From the NCBI GenBank assembly GCA_963730935.1, contig CAVSTP010000004.1, forward strand, positions 1,600,001 through 1,664,000: a stretch of 64,000 nt of DNA, in the 5' to 3' direction. Shown here one piece after another: positions 26,701 to 36,216 of this stretch. The translations under genes and the position numbers were made by a program. Within the stretch, counting starts at the first letter, position 1; every line of letters starts with the position of its first letter. The notes below the pieces were generated by a model that was not told where the DNA came from, did no database searches, and saw only the letters and a program-made list of their open reading frames with translations. Source of the DNA: an uncultured Nitrospiraceae bacterium. GTDB taxonomy: Bacteria; Nitrospirota; Nitrospiria; Nitrospirales; Nitrospiraceae.

Positions 26701-27510
26701 ATGGTCGATCCGCACACGCACGGCTCTCCCCAGCTGTCCATCGTGATTCCAGCCCATAATGAGGCTGGTCGCATTCTCCCCTATCTCCGACAGATCATCG
26801 ACTACTGTGAAGGGCAACGCCGCTCCTACGAGTTGCTGGTTGTCGATGACGGCAGCACAGACGGCACTTCGTTAGTCGTGGGGAGACTGGCTCAGGTTCA
26901 TTCAACCGTACACTTGCTGCGACTGCCTACTTGCCACGGCAAAGGCGCCGCCGTGCGGTACGGGATGCAATCGGCGGTCGGCTGCCTGCAATTGTTCGTA
27001 GACGCTGACGGCGCCACACCCATACAGGAACTGGCGCGGCTGGAAAAAGCCTTGGCCGGAGGCGCGGATATGGCCATCGGATCACGCGCGTTGGCCGCGC
27101 GGCTTCCGAACTTCGTCGTCCATGCCCGGGTGCATCGGAGCGTTCTTGGATCATTGTTCAATGCAGCCGTGCGGCTGAGCGGTATCAAAGGCATTGCCGA
27201 CACGCAATGCGGCTTCAAGCTCTTCCGCCGGATTGTCGCGCAAGAACTCTTCGCCTATGCCTCAATCGATGGATTCGGCTTCGATCTCGAATTGCTGTAT
27301 CTGGCCCAGCAGCGCGGATACCGCATTGCAGAGGTCCCGGTGAACTGGTCCGACAAGCCGGGATCGAAAGTCCGCGTCCTGCGAGACGGCTTGGTCATGC
27401 TGCGCGAGTTGGCTGTGATCAGGCGCAACGACCAGCGGGGCCGCTACCGTCTCCCTTCCCTCTCTCCCGAATTGATGCACGCAAACCGGTTCAGAATGCC
27501 CGCATCGTAG
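26701..27510 (+). CDS. GT2 glycosyltransferase, dolichyl/polyprenyl-phosphate beta-glucosyltransferase-like
   Basis: SIVIPAHNE, VVDDGSTD, GKGAAV, DADG, DTQCGFKLF, FDLELL. Confidence 0.92.
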   Translation: MVDPHTHGSPQLSIVIPAHNEAGRILPYLRQIIDYCEGQRRSYELLVVDDGSTDGTSLVVGRLAQVHSTVHLLRLPTCHGKGAAVRYGMQSAVGCLQLFVDADGATPIQELARLEKALAGGADMAIGSRALAARLPNFVVHARVHRSVLGSLFNAAVRLSGIKGIADTQCGFKLFRRIVAQELFAYASIDGFGFDLELLYLAQQRGYRIAEVPVNWSDKPGSKVRVLRDGLVMLRELAVIRRNDQRGRYRLPSLSPELMHANRFRMPAS

Positions 27511-29059
27511 CCTTCATCCGATAAATCGCCGCCTTTTGATCGTCGTAGATTCGGCTCCAAGCCGAGTGTCTGGCCAAGCCTTCTTCTAATGGCGTTTGCT
27601 TTCTCACCAGAGCCCAATCGACGGAGTATTTTGTCAGAATGCTCAAGTCAGGATCCGCTCCGGTGAGCGCCATGTAGTCCCGAAGTATCACTCGTTCTCC
27701 GCTCCGCCATGCCGGCATCCGGCCGTCGATAAAAATTCTCGTGCCGGGCATCCACCAGAGTAGGAATCCGCCATAGGCGTAGTCATTATACAAACGTTGC
27801 CCGGTTTGATCCCGGTTGGCCCGCATCCATTCCACCGCTTCGATCGGATAGGAGGTCGTTTTGAAATATTCCGCTGGCCTGGTGCCGGAGAGCACGATCC
27901 GTTGCATGTGCTCAGGGCCCAGCCACATTAATGTGGCTGCCGTGAGAACGGAGGCCGCAAAGCCTGCCCTGTTGGCCGCGACGTCTCCAGACGGCCATCG
28001 GCGGCGGAGTCGCGCAAAGCCGTCAGACAGGAGCTCGGCGCAGAACGGCAGGCTCACGATGAGGAAGAACGGAATATTGCGCATGTGCCGGAATGAGAAC
28101 GCGAGAAACACGATGCCAACGACCCATCGAACCGGCTCGACCCGCCGATACCACAACGCCATCGCGACGATCAGTCCCGCGAGATACATCGCATACCTGC
28201 GTCCCGCGAGGCCGGCCATCGACAAGGGCTGCCATTCCTGGAGCGTCTCGAGCATGAACCGGTTCGAGAGTGAATCGACGATCTCCACATACAGACGCCA
28301 CCCATAGGGATTGAGAAGGGTGAGACAAGCCGAGATGGCCATGATCGCGGTCAGCCACTTCACCTCCATCCAAGAAAAAAGCGGCTCATCAAGGCGGCCG
28401 CTGGAGAGGATCTGCCGGTCCAACAGCCATCTGACGATCGCGGTCGTCCCGATGACGAGGCTCAAGAGCAACAATCCGGCAACGAACCCTCCATGCAAAT
28501 TTGCCCAGACAAGAAAGAACGGCGGAATCCACCATCGGACGGAGGCGCTTCCGTCCCTCCAGCGTTTCAACAACAACGAGAGGACAGCCAATCCCAGCAA
28601 CGTGATGAGCTGGGTTCTTGCACCGAGGTACGGCAGCGCGACCCACAGGGAAAGGGCGCAGGCGAGCCAGCGGAAGACCACGCTCGCAGACGCCACGGCC
28701 GCTCCGAGCAGCCAGGCGCTGATGGTCACGGCTGCAAAGAACAGGATGACGCCCAACGCGCCGAACGCCGAATAGATGCCGGCGACCAGCACGTCGGTCA
28801 TCCATGCATGTTCCACCCAGGGCCAATCCGGCATGGTATGGGAATAGGGGTCTGCCGACGGCAGGGGCAGGCCATTCTGCAGAACATCCAAGCCGGTCCG
28901 GAGATGCCAGCCAAAATCAGGCTCGGTCAGCGGCTGCAAGGCAAAATTGATGATGATCAGCAGGAGGAAGAGACCCAGTGCGGAAATGCCCGCCAACGAA
29001 GAACTGCCCACCCGGCGAACGGTCATTGGCGGACAGACGCTTGATTGAGAGGCGCTCAT
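27491..29059 (-). CDS. Polytopic membrane protein, GT-C fold-like
   Basis: PDFGWHLRTG in the first loop, about 11 TMs, WANLHGGF, EWQP, YGGFL...FIDGR. Confidence 0.65.
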   Translation of the reverse strand: MSASQSSVCPPMTVRRVGSSSLAGISALGLFLLLIIINFALQPLTEPDFGWHLRTGLDVLQNGLPLPSADPYSHTMPDWPWVEHAWMTDVLVAGIYSAFGALGVILFFAAVTISAWLLGAAVASASVVFRWLACALSLWVALPYLGARTQLITLLGLAVLSLLLKRWRDGSASVRWWIPPFFLVWANLHGGFVAGLLLLSLVIGTTAIVRWLLDRQILSSGRLDEPLFSWMEVKWLTAIMAISACLTLLNPYGWRLYVEIVDSLSNRFMLETLQEWQPLSMAGLAGRRYAMYLAGLIVAMALWYRRVEPVRWVVGIVFLAFSFRHMRNIPFFLIVSLPFCAELLSDGFARLRRRWPSGDVAANRAGFAASVLTAATLMWLGPEHMQRIVLSGTRPAEYFKTTSYPIEAVEWMRANRDQTGQRLYNDYAYGGFLLWWMPGTRIFIDGRMPAWRSGERVILRDYMALTGADPDLSILTKYSVDWALVRKQTPLEEGLARHSAWSRIYDDQKAAIYRMKATMRAF

Positions 29060-29073
29060 CGGCGAATTCTCCT

Positions 29074-30804
29074 CTATCCCTCAGGTCCGGATGACGCGGC
29101 ACGGCGTCGTGCGAGCAGATTTTCCATGACCAACCACTCCACCTCCGTTCTGAGAAAACAGGCGACCGCCTCCTGAGGCGTACACACGATCGGTTCATTG
29201 ACGTTGAACGACGTATTCAACAACACCGGAACGCCGGTGCAGCGCGCGAAGGATTCCAGGAGGCGCCGGTACCGTGGATTCGACTCGCTATCGACCGTCT
29301 GCACTCTCGCAGTGCCGTCGACATGGACGACGGCAGGTATGACGCCTTTCATCGACGATTGCACGCCGGCTGTCCGGAGCATGAACGGAGAGGGGCCGAC
29401 GAGCTCAAAGTACTCACTCGCCCGCTCCTCCAACACCGATGGGGCAAATGGTCGAAACGGCTCCCGCAGCTTGACTTTCATGTTGATCAAGGCCCGCATG
29501 TCTTCGCGACGCGGGTCCGCCAACAGGCTCCGGTTGCCCAAGGCGCGAGGTCCCCACTCCATCCGGCCTTGAAACCAGAACACTAGCCGCCCGGCGGCGA
29601 GCTCTCCAGCGACCTTTTCACAGAGCGGTGCATCATCCAGCCGCTCGACAGTCAACCCGGCTGCCTCCAGCGTAGCCCTGCACGCGGCTTCGGAGAATTG
29701 CGGTCCCCAAGATGCTGTCCGCATGACCATTGGAGCCGACAGACCGCCCCTGCGGTGCGTCAGCCAAAGGGCCGCACCAAGCGCCGCTCCGGAGTCGCCG
29801 GCCGCAGGCGGGACGAACACTTCTTCGAATCCCGCGTCGCGCAGGAGCCGGCTGTTGGCGACACAGTTATACGCGACCCCGCCGGCCAGGCAGAGGCGCT
29901 CTTCCTTCGTCACGGTCTTGAGATGTCGTCCAAGGTGAAGGAGCGTCTCCTCGAGCACGGCCTGCGCGCTGGCCGCCATGTCTTGGTGACAGGGCGTAAT
30001 CTCTTCTTCAGGTCGCCGCGCGGGTCCGAAGAGTTGAAGGAACTCGGGTGAAAATATGCGATGCCGAGCCAGATGGAAATCCAAGAGCCTGGTGTTGAGA
30101 TGGAATTGCCCCTCCGGAAACGTGCGCAGCACCTGCTCGCGCAGCGCCGCAGCAAACCGTGGGACGCCGTACGCCGCCAACCCCATCACGATGTATTCGT
30201 CATGATCCGGTCTGAATCCCAGGTAGGCCGTGATCGCTGCATAGAACTGCCCCAGGGAATGGGGAAGGGCAACGCGTGTGAGCACACGGATCTGTTCCCG
30301 GTCGGCGCGAGCGAGCATCGTCGTGTGGGCTTCGGACGCCCCGTCAACGACCATGACCGCCGCCCGCTCGAATGGCGAAACCAGCATCGCGCTCGCGGCA
30401 TGGCAGAGATGATGGTCAAGAAACACGACGGGCGGGCACCTGGTGCCATCGACGCGGTGCGAGAGCAAGGTGCGCAGGAACGCCAACTCCCTCCATTCAT
30501 GGGCCAAACGGTCGGCCGCGCGCGCGCTTTTTACGGTGAATAGCCGGGGGGATTGCAACATTGAGCCGATCGCCAATGCCGCGCGCCGGCCGAGCTGCCA
30601 GTATTTCCATGGCACAGCGATGGCATCCAGGTCTTGAAGGCGAACTCCGGCGCTCTGCAGACAGAATCGAATGGCGTGGAGTGGCAAGGCGGCAACATGC
30701 TTGATCCTGACGAACCGTTCTTCTTCCGCGGCCGCGAGGAGCTGGCCGTTCTCAACCAACGCCGCCGCCGCATCGCGCATGTTTGAAAGGCCGAGGATGC
30801 GCAT
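29074..30804 (-). CDS. NodU/CmcH-family O-carbamoyltransferase
   Basis: AAEEERF, HHLCHAAS, LAGGVAYN, GPRALGNRS, REPFRPFAPS, HVDGTARVQ, LNTSFN. Confidence 0.95.
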   Translation of the reverse strand: MRILGLSNMRDAAAALVENGQLLAAAEEERFVRIKHVAALPLHAIRFCLQSAGVRLQDLDAIAVPWKYWQLGRRAALAIGSMLQSPRLFTVKSARAADRLAHEWRELAFLRTLLSHRVDGTRCPPVVFLDHHLCHAASAMLVSPFERAAVMVVDGASEAHTTMLARADREQIRVLTRVALPHSLGQFYAAITAYLGFRPDHDEYIVMGLAAYGVPRFAAALREQVLRTFPEGQFHLNTRLLDFHLARHRIFSPEFLQLFGPARRPEEEITPCHQDMAASAQAVLEETLLHLGRHLKTVTKEERLCLAGGVAYNCVANSRLLRDAGFEEVFVPPAAGDSGAALGAALWLTHRRGGLSAPMVMRTASWGPQFSEAACRATLEAAGLTVERLDDAPLCEKVAGELAAGRLVFWFQGRMEWGPRALGNRSLLADPRREDMRALINMKVKLREPFRPFAPSVLEERASEYFELVGPSPFMLRTAGVQSSMKGVIPAVVHVDGTARVQTVDSESNPRYRRLLESFARCTGVPVLLNTSFNVNEPIVCTPQEAVACFLRTEVEWLVMENLLARRRAASSGPEG

Positions 30805-30881
30805 GGCGCGGTAGGATAAAGCAGGCGACGGGGCCTGACAAGTTGCTTTCAGCCAGTGATTCCGGTACCGTGAGCTACTCC

Positions 30882-32789
30882 ATGCACACGAGCGTGCGTC
30901 TGTATCCGGACAAGTTCAGCCTGCGTTTCTTCGGCATGAACGCCGGTTTCGCCGGGCTCCTTCTCGCCATCCTCCTGGTCGGCTGCACGAAACAGGAACT
31001 CCCTGAGCTGGGGCCACGCCTGTCGCAGACCGCCGCCTTGGAGTTATCGCCCTCCTTGTTGGAATTCAAAGGGGAGTACACGGATAATTGCGGCCACATG
31101 CAGATCGTCCATATGGGCTCCACCCTGCAAGACACGCTTTTCGAAGCTGCGAACCGGACGTTTGCGTCCGTAGTACGGCCCGGCTCCAACGTCAAACCGG
31201 ACGTCATCGTGCGCGTCAAGCTGGTGCAATCGAATTTCACTCTCAACTGGGACGGCGTCTACGATCGCGCACAAACTGACCTGCAGCTCGGCGGTCTCGT
31301 GTCCTTCGTGGACCAAGCGGGCTCCGCCTTGGGCGAACAGGAGGTGCAGGTCGTCCAGAAGGGGCGGGTCCGCATTGAGCCGCTTCAAAAGAACTGCGAC
31401 TACCTCTTGGATGACTTCATTCAGGGAGCGGCCCGCGAGTTTGCTCAAAAAGTGTCCGACGCCTCCCGGCGCAAGCTCGCGCCCACCAGCGCGTCAGCGA
31501 CTCCGGCCGGAGCACCGGTGGCGGCGGTCGGAACGTCGGCCACGGCGGCAGCCGCACCAGCGGCCATCCCAGTCCCCGTTCCCGCGCCGGGTCGCTCTGT
31601 CGGACCAGGAGGAACGGCGCTTTCATTTAAAGCCACCGTGTTAGACGACAACGGCAATCTGGTCTTCGAAGGCGGCGAGCGGATTCGCGTCCGCGTCGAC
31701 GTCGTGAACACCGGCTCTCAAGAACTGCAAAACGTCACGGCCAGCCTGTCCGGCACACCGCTGGTGCTTGCGCAATTTCCTGCCACCACGCTTTCCGCAG
31801 GTCGTCTGCAGCCGGGACAGTCGCGGTCCGTTGAGTTTGTTGCGACGCTGCCACAGGGGATGCAGCCGCAGAAAGCCGATTTACAAGTAAGCGTGGCCGA
31901 TCCGGCAACCGCGGCGCCATCCGCACAAACGCTCTCGCTCTCGATCCACCCGACCGGCCTGAAGACCGACGATGTCGATCAGGTCCCGGCCATGGCCGTC
32001 GGATACAAGCAGCCTCATACCTATCTGGTCTCCATCGGCATCGGCTCGTATCGCGATCAACAACTTTCCGTCCGAAAATACGCGGCATCTGATGCGGAGT
32101 TGCTGACCAACTACTTTCAATCGCTCGGCGGCCTGCCGGCATCGAACGTCCGGCTGCTTCAAGATTGGAAAGCCCTGCGCCCGGACATCGACGAAGCGCT
32201 GTTGGACTGGCTGCCAGGACACATGAACAAGGAAGCGGTAGTGATCGTCTACTTTGCCGGGCTCGCGACCGTCTCGCCGAACGGAGAGGTATTTCTCGTT
32301 CCCTATGACGGCAGCATCGCGACCTCGTCTCGGTCCTACCCGCTCAAGGACTTGGAGGCGGCGCTCAACCGTTTGAAGGCCAAGCAGACCCTGTTTGTCT
32401 TTGATGGGATGGTCGCAAAGCTTGGCGCCGGGACGGATGGCCGCTCGAAGCCGGTGCTTCCCCAATGGAACCCTTCCGGCAGCTCGACCGTTCATCTCAT
32501 CGCCACGAATGGAGTGGGACGGGTCGTCGAGGACGAAGACCACCGGCACGGCCTGTTCACGTACTATCTGTTGCGTGCGCTGAGGGGAGAATCAGACGTG
32601 AACCGGGACGGTGAAGTCACCCTTGGGGAAGCGGTGGCCTATCTCAATCAAAAGGTTCTTTGGGCCTCGAAAACGCAGTACGGTCAAGAACAACGCCCCG
32701 CCGTGGTGCCGCCGTTGAAACCGACTGATCCGGCCAATGGACTCGCCCTGACCAAACTTGCCGCCGTCCGGGCCTCCGAACATCCCTGA
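30882..32789 (+). CDS. Lipoprotein with CARDB-like domain and degenerate caspase (C14)-like domain
   Basis: Lipobox LVGC; VVNTG Ig-like domain; SIGIGSY, YAASDA, VYFAG, HGLFTYYLLRALRG, DVNRDGEVT; start could be 30936. Confidence 0.8.
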   Translation: MHTSVRLYPDKFSLRFFGMNAGFAGLLLAILLVGCTKQELPELGPRLSQTAALELSPSLLEFKGEYTDNCGHMQIVHMGSTLQDTLFEAANRTFASVVRPGSNVKPDVIVRVKLVQSNFTLNWDGVYDRAQTDLQLGGLVSFVDQAGSALGEQEVQVVQKGRVRIEPLQKNCDYLLDDFIQGAAREFAQKVSDASRRKLAPTSASATPAGAPVAAVGTSATAAAAPAAIPVPVPAPGRSVGPGGTALSFKATVLDDNGNLVFEGGERIRVRVDVVNTGSQELQNVTASLSGTPLVLAQFPATTLSAGRLQPGQSRSVEFVATLPQGMQPQKADLQVSVADPATAAPSAQTLSLSIHPTGLKTDDVDQVPAMAVGYKQPHTYLVSIGIGSYRDQQLSVRKYAASDAELLTNYFQSLGGLPASNVRLLQDWKALRPDIDEALLDWLPGHMNKEAVVIVYFAGLATVSPNGEVFLVPYDGSIATSSRSYPLKDLEAALNRLKAKQTLFVFDGMVAKLGAGTDGRSKPVLPQWNPSGSSTVHLIATNGVGRVVEDEDHRHGLFTYYLLRALRGESDVNRDGEVTLGEAVAYLNQKVLWASKTQYGQEQRPAVVPPLKPTDPANGLALTKLAAVRASEHP

Positions 32790-32809
32790 TTCGCCGGGAT
32801 AGTGAGCAC

Positions 32810-32843
32810 AAAAAAAAGGGTGGAGGACATCGTCCCCCACCCC
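32810..32843 (-). terminator. Intrinsic terminator for the cytochrome c gene
   Basis: GGGTGG.GGAC stem followed on the minus strand by T8. Confidence 0.8.
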
Positions 32844-32861
32844 TCCTGATCGCGGCTGAAA

Positions 32862-33311
32862 TTATTCTTCGCCTTTGCAGAAACTCCGCTCGTAGTTGAT
32901 GATGGTCCACGCTTCTTCTTCGGTGATCGCGGCGGGGATCAAGGAAACCATGCCGGTGCCGGCGCTGCCGTTCTTGATGACCCAGAAGAACTCGCCGTCT
33001 TTCCGCTTCTTGTGGAACTTGCAATTCGTGAAGTTCCGCGGGCTCGGATTGAGGATCGCGCCGGCAGGACCGTCGCCCTTTCCTTCCTTGCCATGGCAGT
33101 TGAAGCAGGTGCCCTTCCCTTCAAACAGGGCCTTTCCCTTGGCGACGCTCTCGGGAGTATTCGCGATCGGGTTCTTCAAGGCTTTGGCATCCGCAATCTG
33201 ATCCGGCGGAACGCGGGGTTTCAGCGGATCCTTTTCTTCCGCTCCGACCACCGTGGCCGAGAGCAAGGTGACGGCTGCTGCGACTCCTAAAAACTTAGAA
33301 AAATACCCCAT
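32862..33311 (-). CDS. Periplasmic monoheme cytochrome c
   Basis: AGGAGG RBS, signal peptide, CFNCH, GTGM distal Met. Confidence 0.92.
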   Translation of the reverse strand: MGYFSKFLGVAAAVTLLSATVVGAEEKDPLKPRVPPDQIADAKALKNPIANTPESVAKGKALFEGKGTCFNCHGKEGKGDGPAGAILNPSPRNFTNCKFHKKRKDGEFFWVIKNGSAGTGMVSLIPAAITEEEAWTIINYERSFCKGEE

Positions 33312-33397
33312 CAGACTCCTCCTTGTTGTTAAACAACCGCACATCTACAGTGGCCTGAAACCACTGGTTAATTGCATGACCAAAATAAAGCGTCCGG

Positions 33398-33427
33398 ACT
33401 ATAGCAACGGCGTTTTGAGGTTGTCAA
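33398..33427 (-). promoter_or_regulatory. Sigma-70 promoter for cytochrome c
   Basis: TTGACA-N18-TATAGT with TG extension. Confidence 0.65.
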
Positions 33428-33672
33428 GCAAACTGCTCAGGATACAACACCTCCCGTGCAGCCAAACTCACTGTCAATTTACCCTTGCTGTATATCAATC
33501 AAACGTCATGCCACAACGTGCCTCTGATCGCTTTTGCAATTCCGCCTAGTTACGGAGTGGACGACCGGCGCGGCGAGACACTCACCTAATTCTTGCGACC
33601 ATTACGCCACAGGCGCATTGCCGCACCGCCACAGAGGGAGGATGGTTCAGAAGATCCGAGAAAAGAGAGAGG

Positions 33673-34611
33673 CTATCGTTTGAGCAGAATGTCGCGGGCA
33701 ACCTTTCCGCTGGGCCCGAACGCCTTTTGGGGCTTGCCATTCAACTCCGCCTTGACGCCCCCGGCATTTCCAAGCGTCAACATGAACTGATCCTGTCCTT
33801 TCCACTTGGCTTTTTCACCCGGCCGCAGCAACGCTTCCTGTGGGCTCCCGCCGTCGACCTGAATCACAACCCAGCTCAACTCGGTCGCTTCAAGATCAAG
33901 CACCAACGGTTCATCGGCATTCGCCGCTCCCTCAAGCGACGGCGGCCCGAGCGGCCCTTGAGTGCTGATCGGCGGAGGGATAGGGACTGCTGTCTGCGGC
34001 GCAACCGGCGCCGCGGCGGTACCAGAGACCGCGCTGCGTCCGGCAGTCGCGTCATGGCGAGTTGCTGTCTGCGGCGGAGAAGACGCTTCCGTCGGCTTGG
34101 TCTTTGCGGCGGTCGGGCTTTCCGCCTCAGGACGAACCGGCACATCGACTTTCCCGGGTTCAAGCGGCGTGACGCGCTTCGCCGTCGTCGAAGGCGGTTC
34201 GGGCTGCGAGGTCCTCCGGACGAGCAGCGACGATTGTTCACGGCTCAATAAGATTACCAACGTCAGGATCGCAATTCCGATGGCGATGGCCACGGCCTTT
34301 CGGTTGGCTTGGCGCTTCCGTTCTTCCTCGGCCTGCCTAACTTTAAGCCGTTCACGTTCGTCTTGTTTCTCATAAAACGCTCCGGCCGATTGGATAAATC
34401 GATGAATCGCGTCTTCTTCATCCAATCCCAGAGAGCGGGCATAGGATCGTACGAACCCGCGGGCGAACACCTGATCGGGCAGCTTGGCGAAATTGCCCTC
34501 TTCGAGCGCCTTCACGAAATCCGTCCGGATCCTCGTCTTGGAGGCTACCTCGTCCACGGTCAGACCCTTGGTTTCTCTGACCTGCTTGAAAAAATCTCCG
34601 ATCGAATCCAT
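33673..34611 (-). CDS. rodZ: RodZ-like protein (HTH, TM, DUF4115)
   Basis: FARGFVRSYARSLGL; single TM; LGNAGGV. Confidence 0.85.
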   Translation of the reverse strand: MDSIGDFFKQVRETKGLTVDEVASKTRIRTDFVKALEEGNFAKLPDQVFARGFVRSYARSLGLDEEDAIHRFIQSAGAFYEKQDERERLKVRQAEEERKRQANRKAVAIAIGIAILTLVILLSREQSSLLVRRTSQPEPPSTTAKRVTPLEPGKVDVPVRPEAESPTAAKTKPTEASSPPQTATRHDATAGRSAVSGTAAAPVAPQTAVPIPPPISTQGPLGPPSLEGAANADEPLVLDLEATELSWVVIQVDGGSPQEALLRPGEKAKWKGQDQFMLTLGNAGGVKAELNGKPQKAFGPSGKVARDILLKR

Positions 34612-34621
34612 GCGTCTCTCT

Positions 34622-35302
34622 TTACGGCTTCAGCCGTGCCAGAATTTCCTTGGCCGCAGCGGCGTGAGGGCCGGTCTTGTCCAAGGTCGTCACTTTTGTG
34701 AGCGCCTCTTTCGCCCGGCGTTCAAATCCCAGCTTGTAATACACCTTGCCGAGCTCCAGCTGCAGCATCGCCGGCGGCACATTGGGTGGATTGACGGCAA
34801 GGGCGTCTTCCAGCGCCTCCATCGCGCCCTGATAATCGCCCTCGTGAGCCAAGGCCTTGCCGAGATGGAAGCGGGCGAGGTCGGGCGTGCTGTAGAGCGG
34901 ATTGCTCAGCGCACGCCGGAACTCGACAATCGCCTCCGGCCAGCGGTCTTGGTACGCCAAGACCTGGCCGAGATAGGTATGCGCTTCTGAATAGTTCTCA
35001 TCGATCTTGACGGCTGCTCGAAACTCGGACTCGGCCTGTGGAAGTTTTCCCTGGTAGACCAGAAGGTGGCCGAGCCCGTATCGGGCTTCCTTGTTTCCAG
35101 GATCGAGCTGCACTGCCTTCTGAAAGGACACGTACGCTTTCTGCCGATCGTGTTCCAGGCTCGCCATGCCCTCCTGATAATAGCCCTTCGATTGCTGCTT
35201 GGTTTCTTCAGAGGTGGCACAGCCCACGAGCCACAAACCCGTCAGCAGGCTGAATGCGACGAGAACACCGTCCATGCGTGGATATGCCTCTGAGCGTTTC
35301 AC
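34622..35302 (-). CDS. TPR lipoprotein, PilF/PilW-like
   Basis: Lipobox LVGC, TPR repeats, ALSNPLYSTP; adjacent to rodZ. Confidence 0.75.
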   Translation of the reverse strand: MKRSEAYPRMDGVLVAFSLLTGLWLVGCATSEETKQQSKGYYQEGMASLEHDRQKAYVSFQKAVQLDPGNKEARYGLGHLLVYQGKLPQAESEFRAAVKIDENYSEAHTYLGQVLAYQDRWPEAIVEFRRALSNPLYSTPDLARFHLGKALAHEGDYQGAMEALEDALAVNPPNVPPAMLQLELGKVYYKLGFERRAKEALTKVTTLDKTGPHAAAAKEILARLKP

Positions 35303-36213
35303 GGAAGATCCTCGAAATGGGTGAGGCGTTTGAACGCCCGGAACCGATCCTGGATCTCTTTGTAATCCAGGACTCGCAAACGGTCAAGACTAAAGGATTC
35401 TACGGTAAAGGAGGCCATTACGCTTCCGAAGATGATGGCTTGTTTGAACGAGTCGACCGACCGGTTTCCGGTCGCTGCAAGATACCCGAGGAAGCCGCCC
35501 GCGAACGTGTCGCCGGCGCCAGTCGGGTCGCGGACGTCCTCCAGCGGAAATGCTGGTGCCCCGAACACCTGACTTCCGCTGAACATCAGCACGCCGTATT
35601 CACCCCGCTTGATGATGAGGTGCTTGGGCCCGCGCGCCAGCACCGTACTGGCCACTTTCACCAAGTTGGAATCTCCTCCGAGGGCCCGCGCCTCCCCATC
35701 ATTAATGATGAGAATGTCTACCTTTTCGAGCACCCGCCAGAGGGCGTCCCGCTTGCCGTTGATCCAGAAATTCATCGTGTCGCAGGCCACCAAGGGAGGC
35801 CGGGGAAGCTTGGTGAGCACGTCGAGCTGCAATTCCGGATCGATGTTGCCCAGAAACAGCACCTCCGGCGACCGATAGGACTCGGGAATCTTGGGGCGGA
35901 ACGTTTCAAACACATTCAGCTTCGTATCGAGGGTGTGGGCTTCGTTGAGCTGGTGACTATACTCGCCCTTCCAGCGGAACGTCGCCCCGGAGCGGCGCTC
36001 CAGTCCGGCCAAGTCAATATTCCGGCTTTTCAGAAACGCCAGGTGCTGTGACGGGAAATCCTCTCCGACGACGGCGATGAGATCGACGCTCGTGAAATAA
36101 CTTGCCGACGCCGAGAAATACGTCGCAGATCCGCCGAGCACCTCGCTCGCTTCCCCGAACGGCGTCTTCACCGTATCCAATGCGACCGACCCGACGACCA
36201 ACAGTTTACCCAT
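35299..36213 (-). CDS. PfkB-family carbohydrate/nucleoside kinase
   Basis: LGGSATY, DPTGAGDTFAGG. Confidence 0.92.
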   Translation of the reverse strand: MGKLLVVGSVALDTVKTPFGEASEVLGGSATYFSASASYFTSVDLIAVVGEDFPSQHLAFLKSRNIDLAGLERRSGATFRWKGEYSHQLNEAHTLDTKLNVFETFRPKIPESYRSPEVLFLGNIDPELQLDVLTKLPRPPLVACDTMNFWINGKRDALWRVLEKVDILIINDGEARALGGDSNLVKVASTVLARGPKHLIIKRGEYGVLMFSGSQVFGAPAFPLEDVRDPTGAGDTFAGGFLGYLAATGNRSVDSFKQAIIFGSVMASFTVESFSLDRLRVLDYKEIQDRFRAFKRLTHFEDLP

Positions 36214-36216
36214 GAT

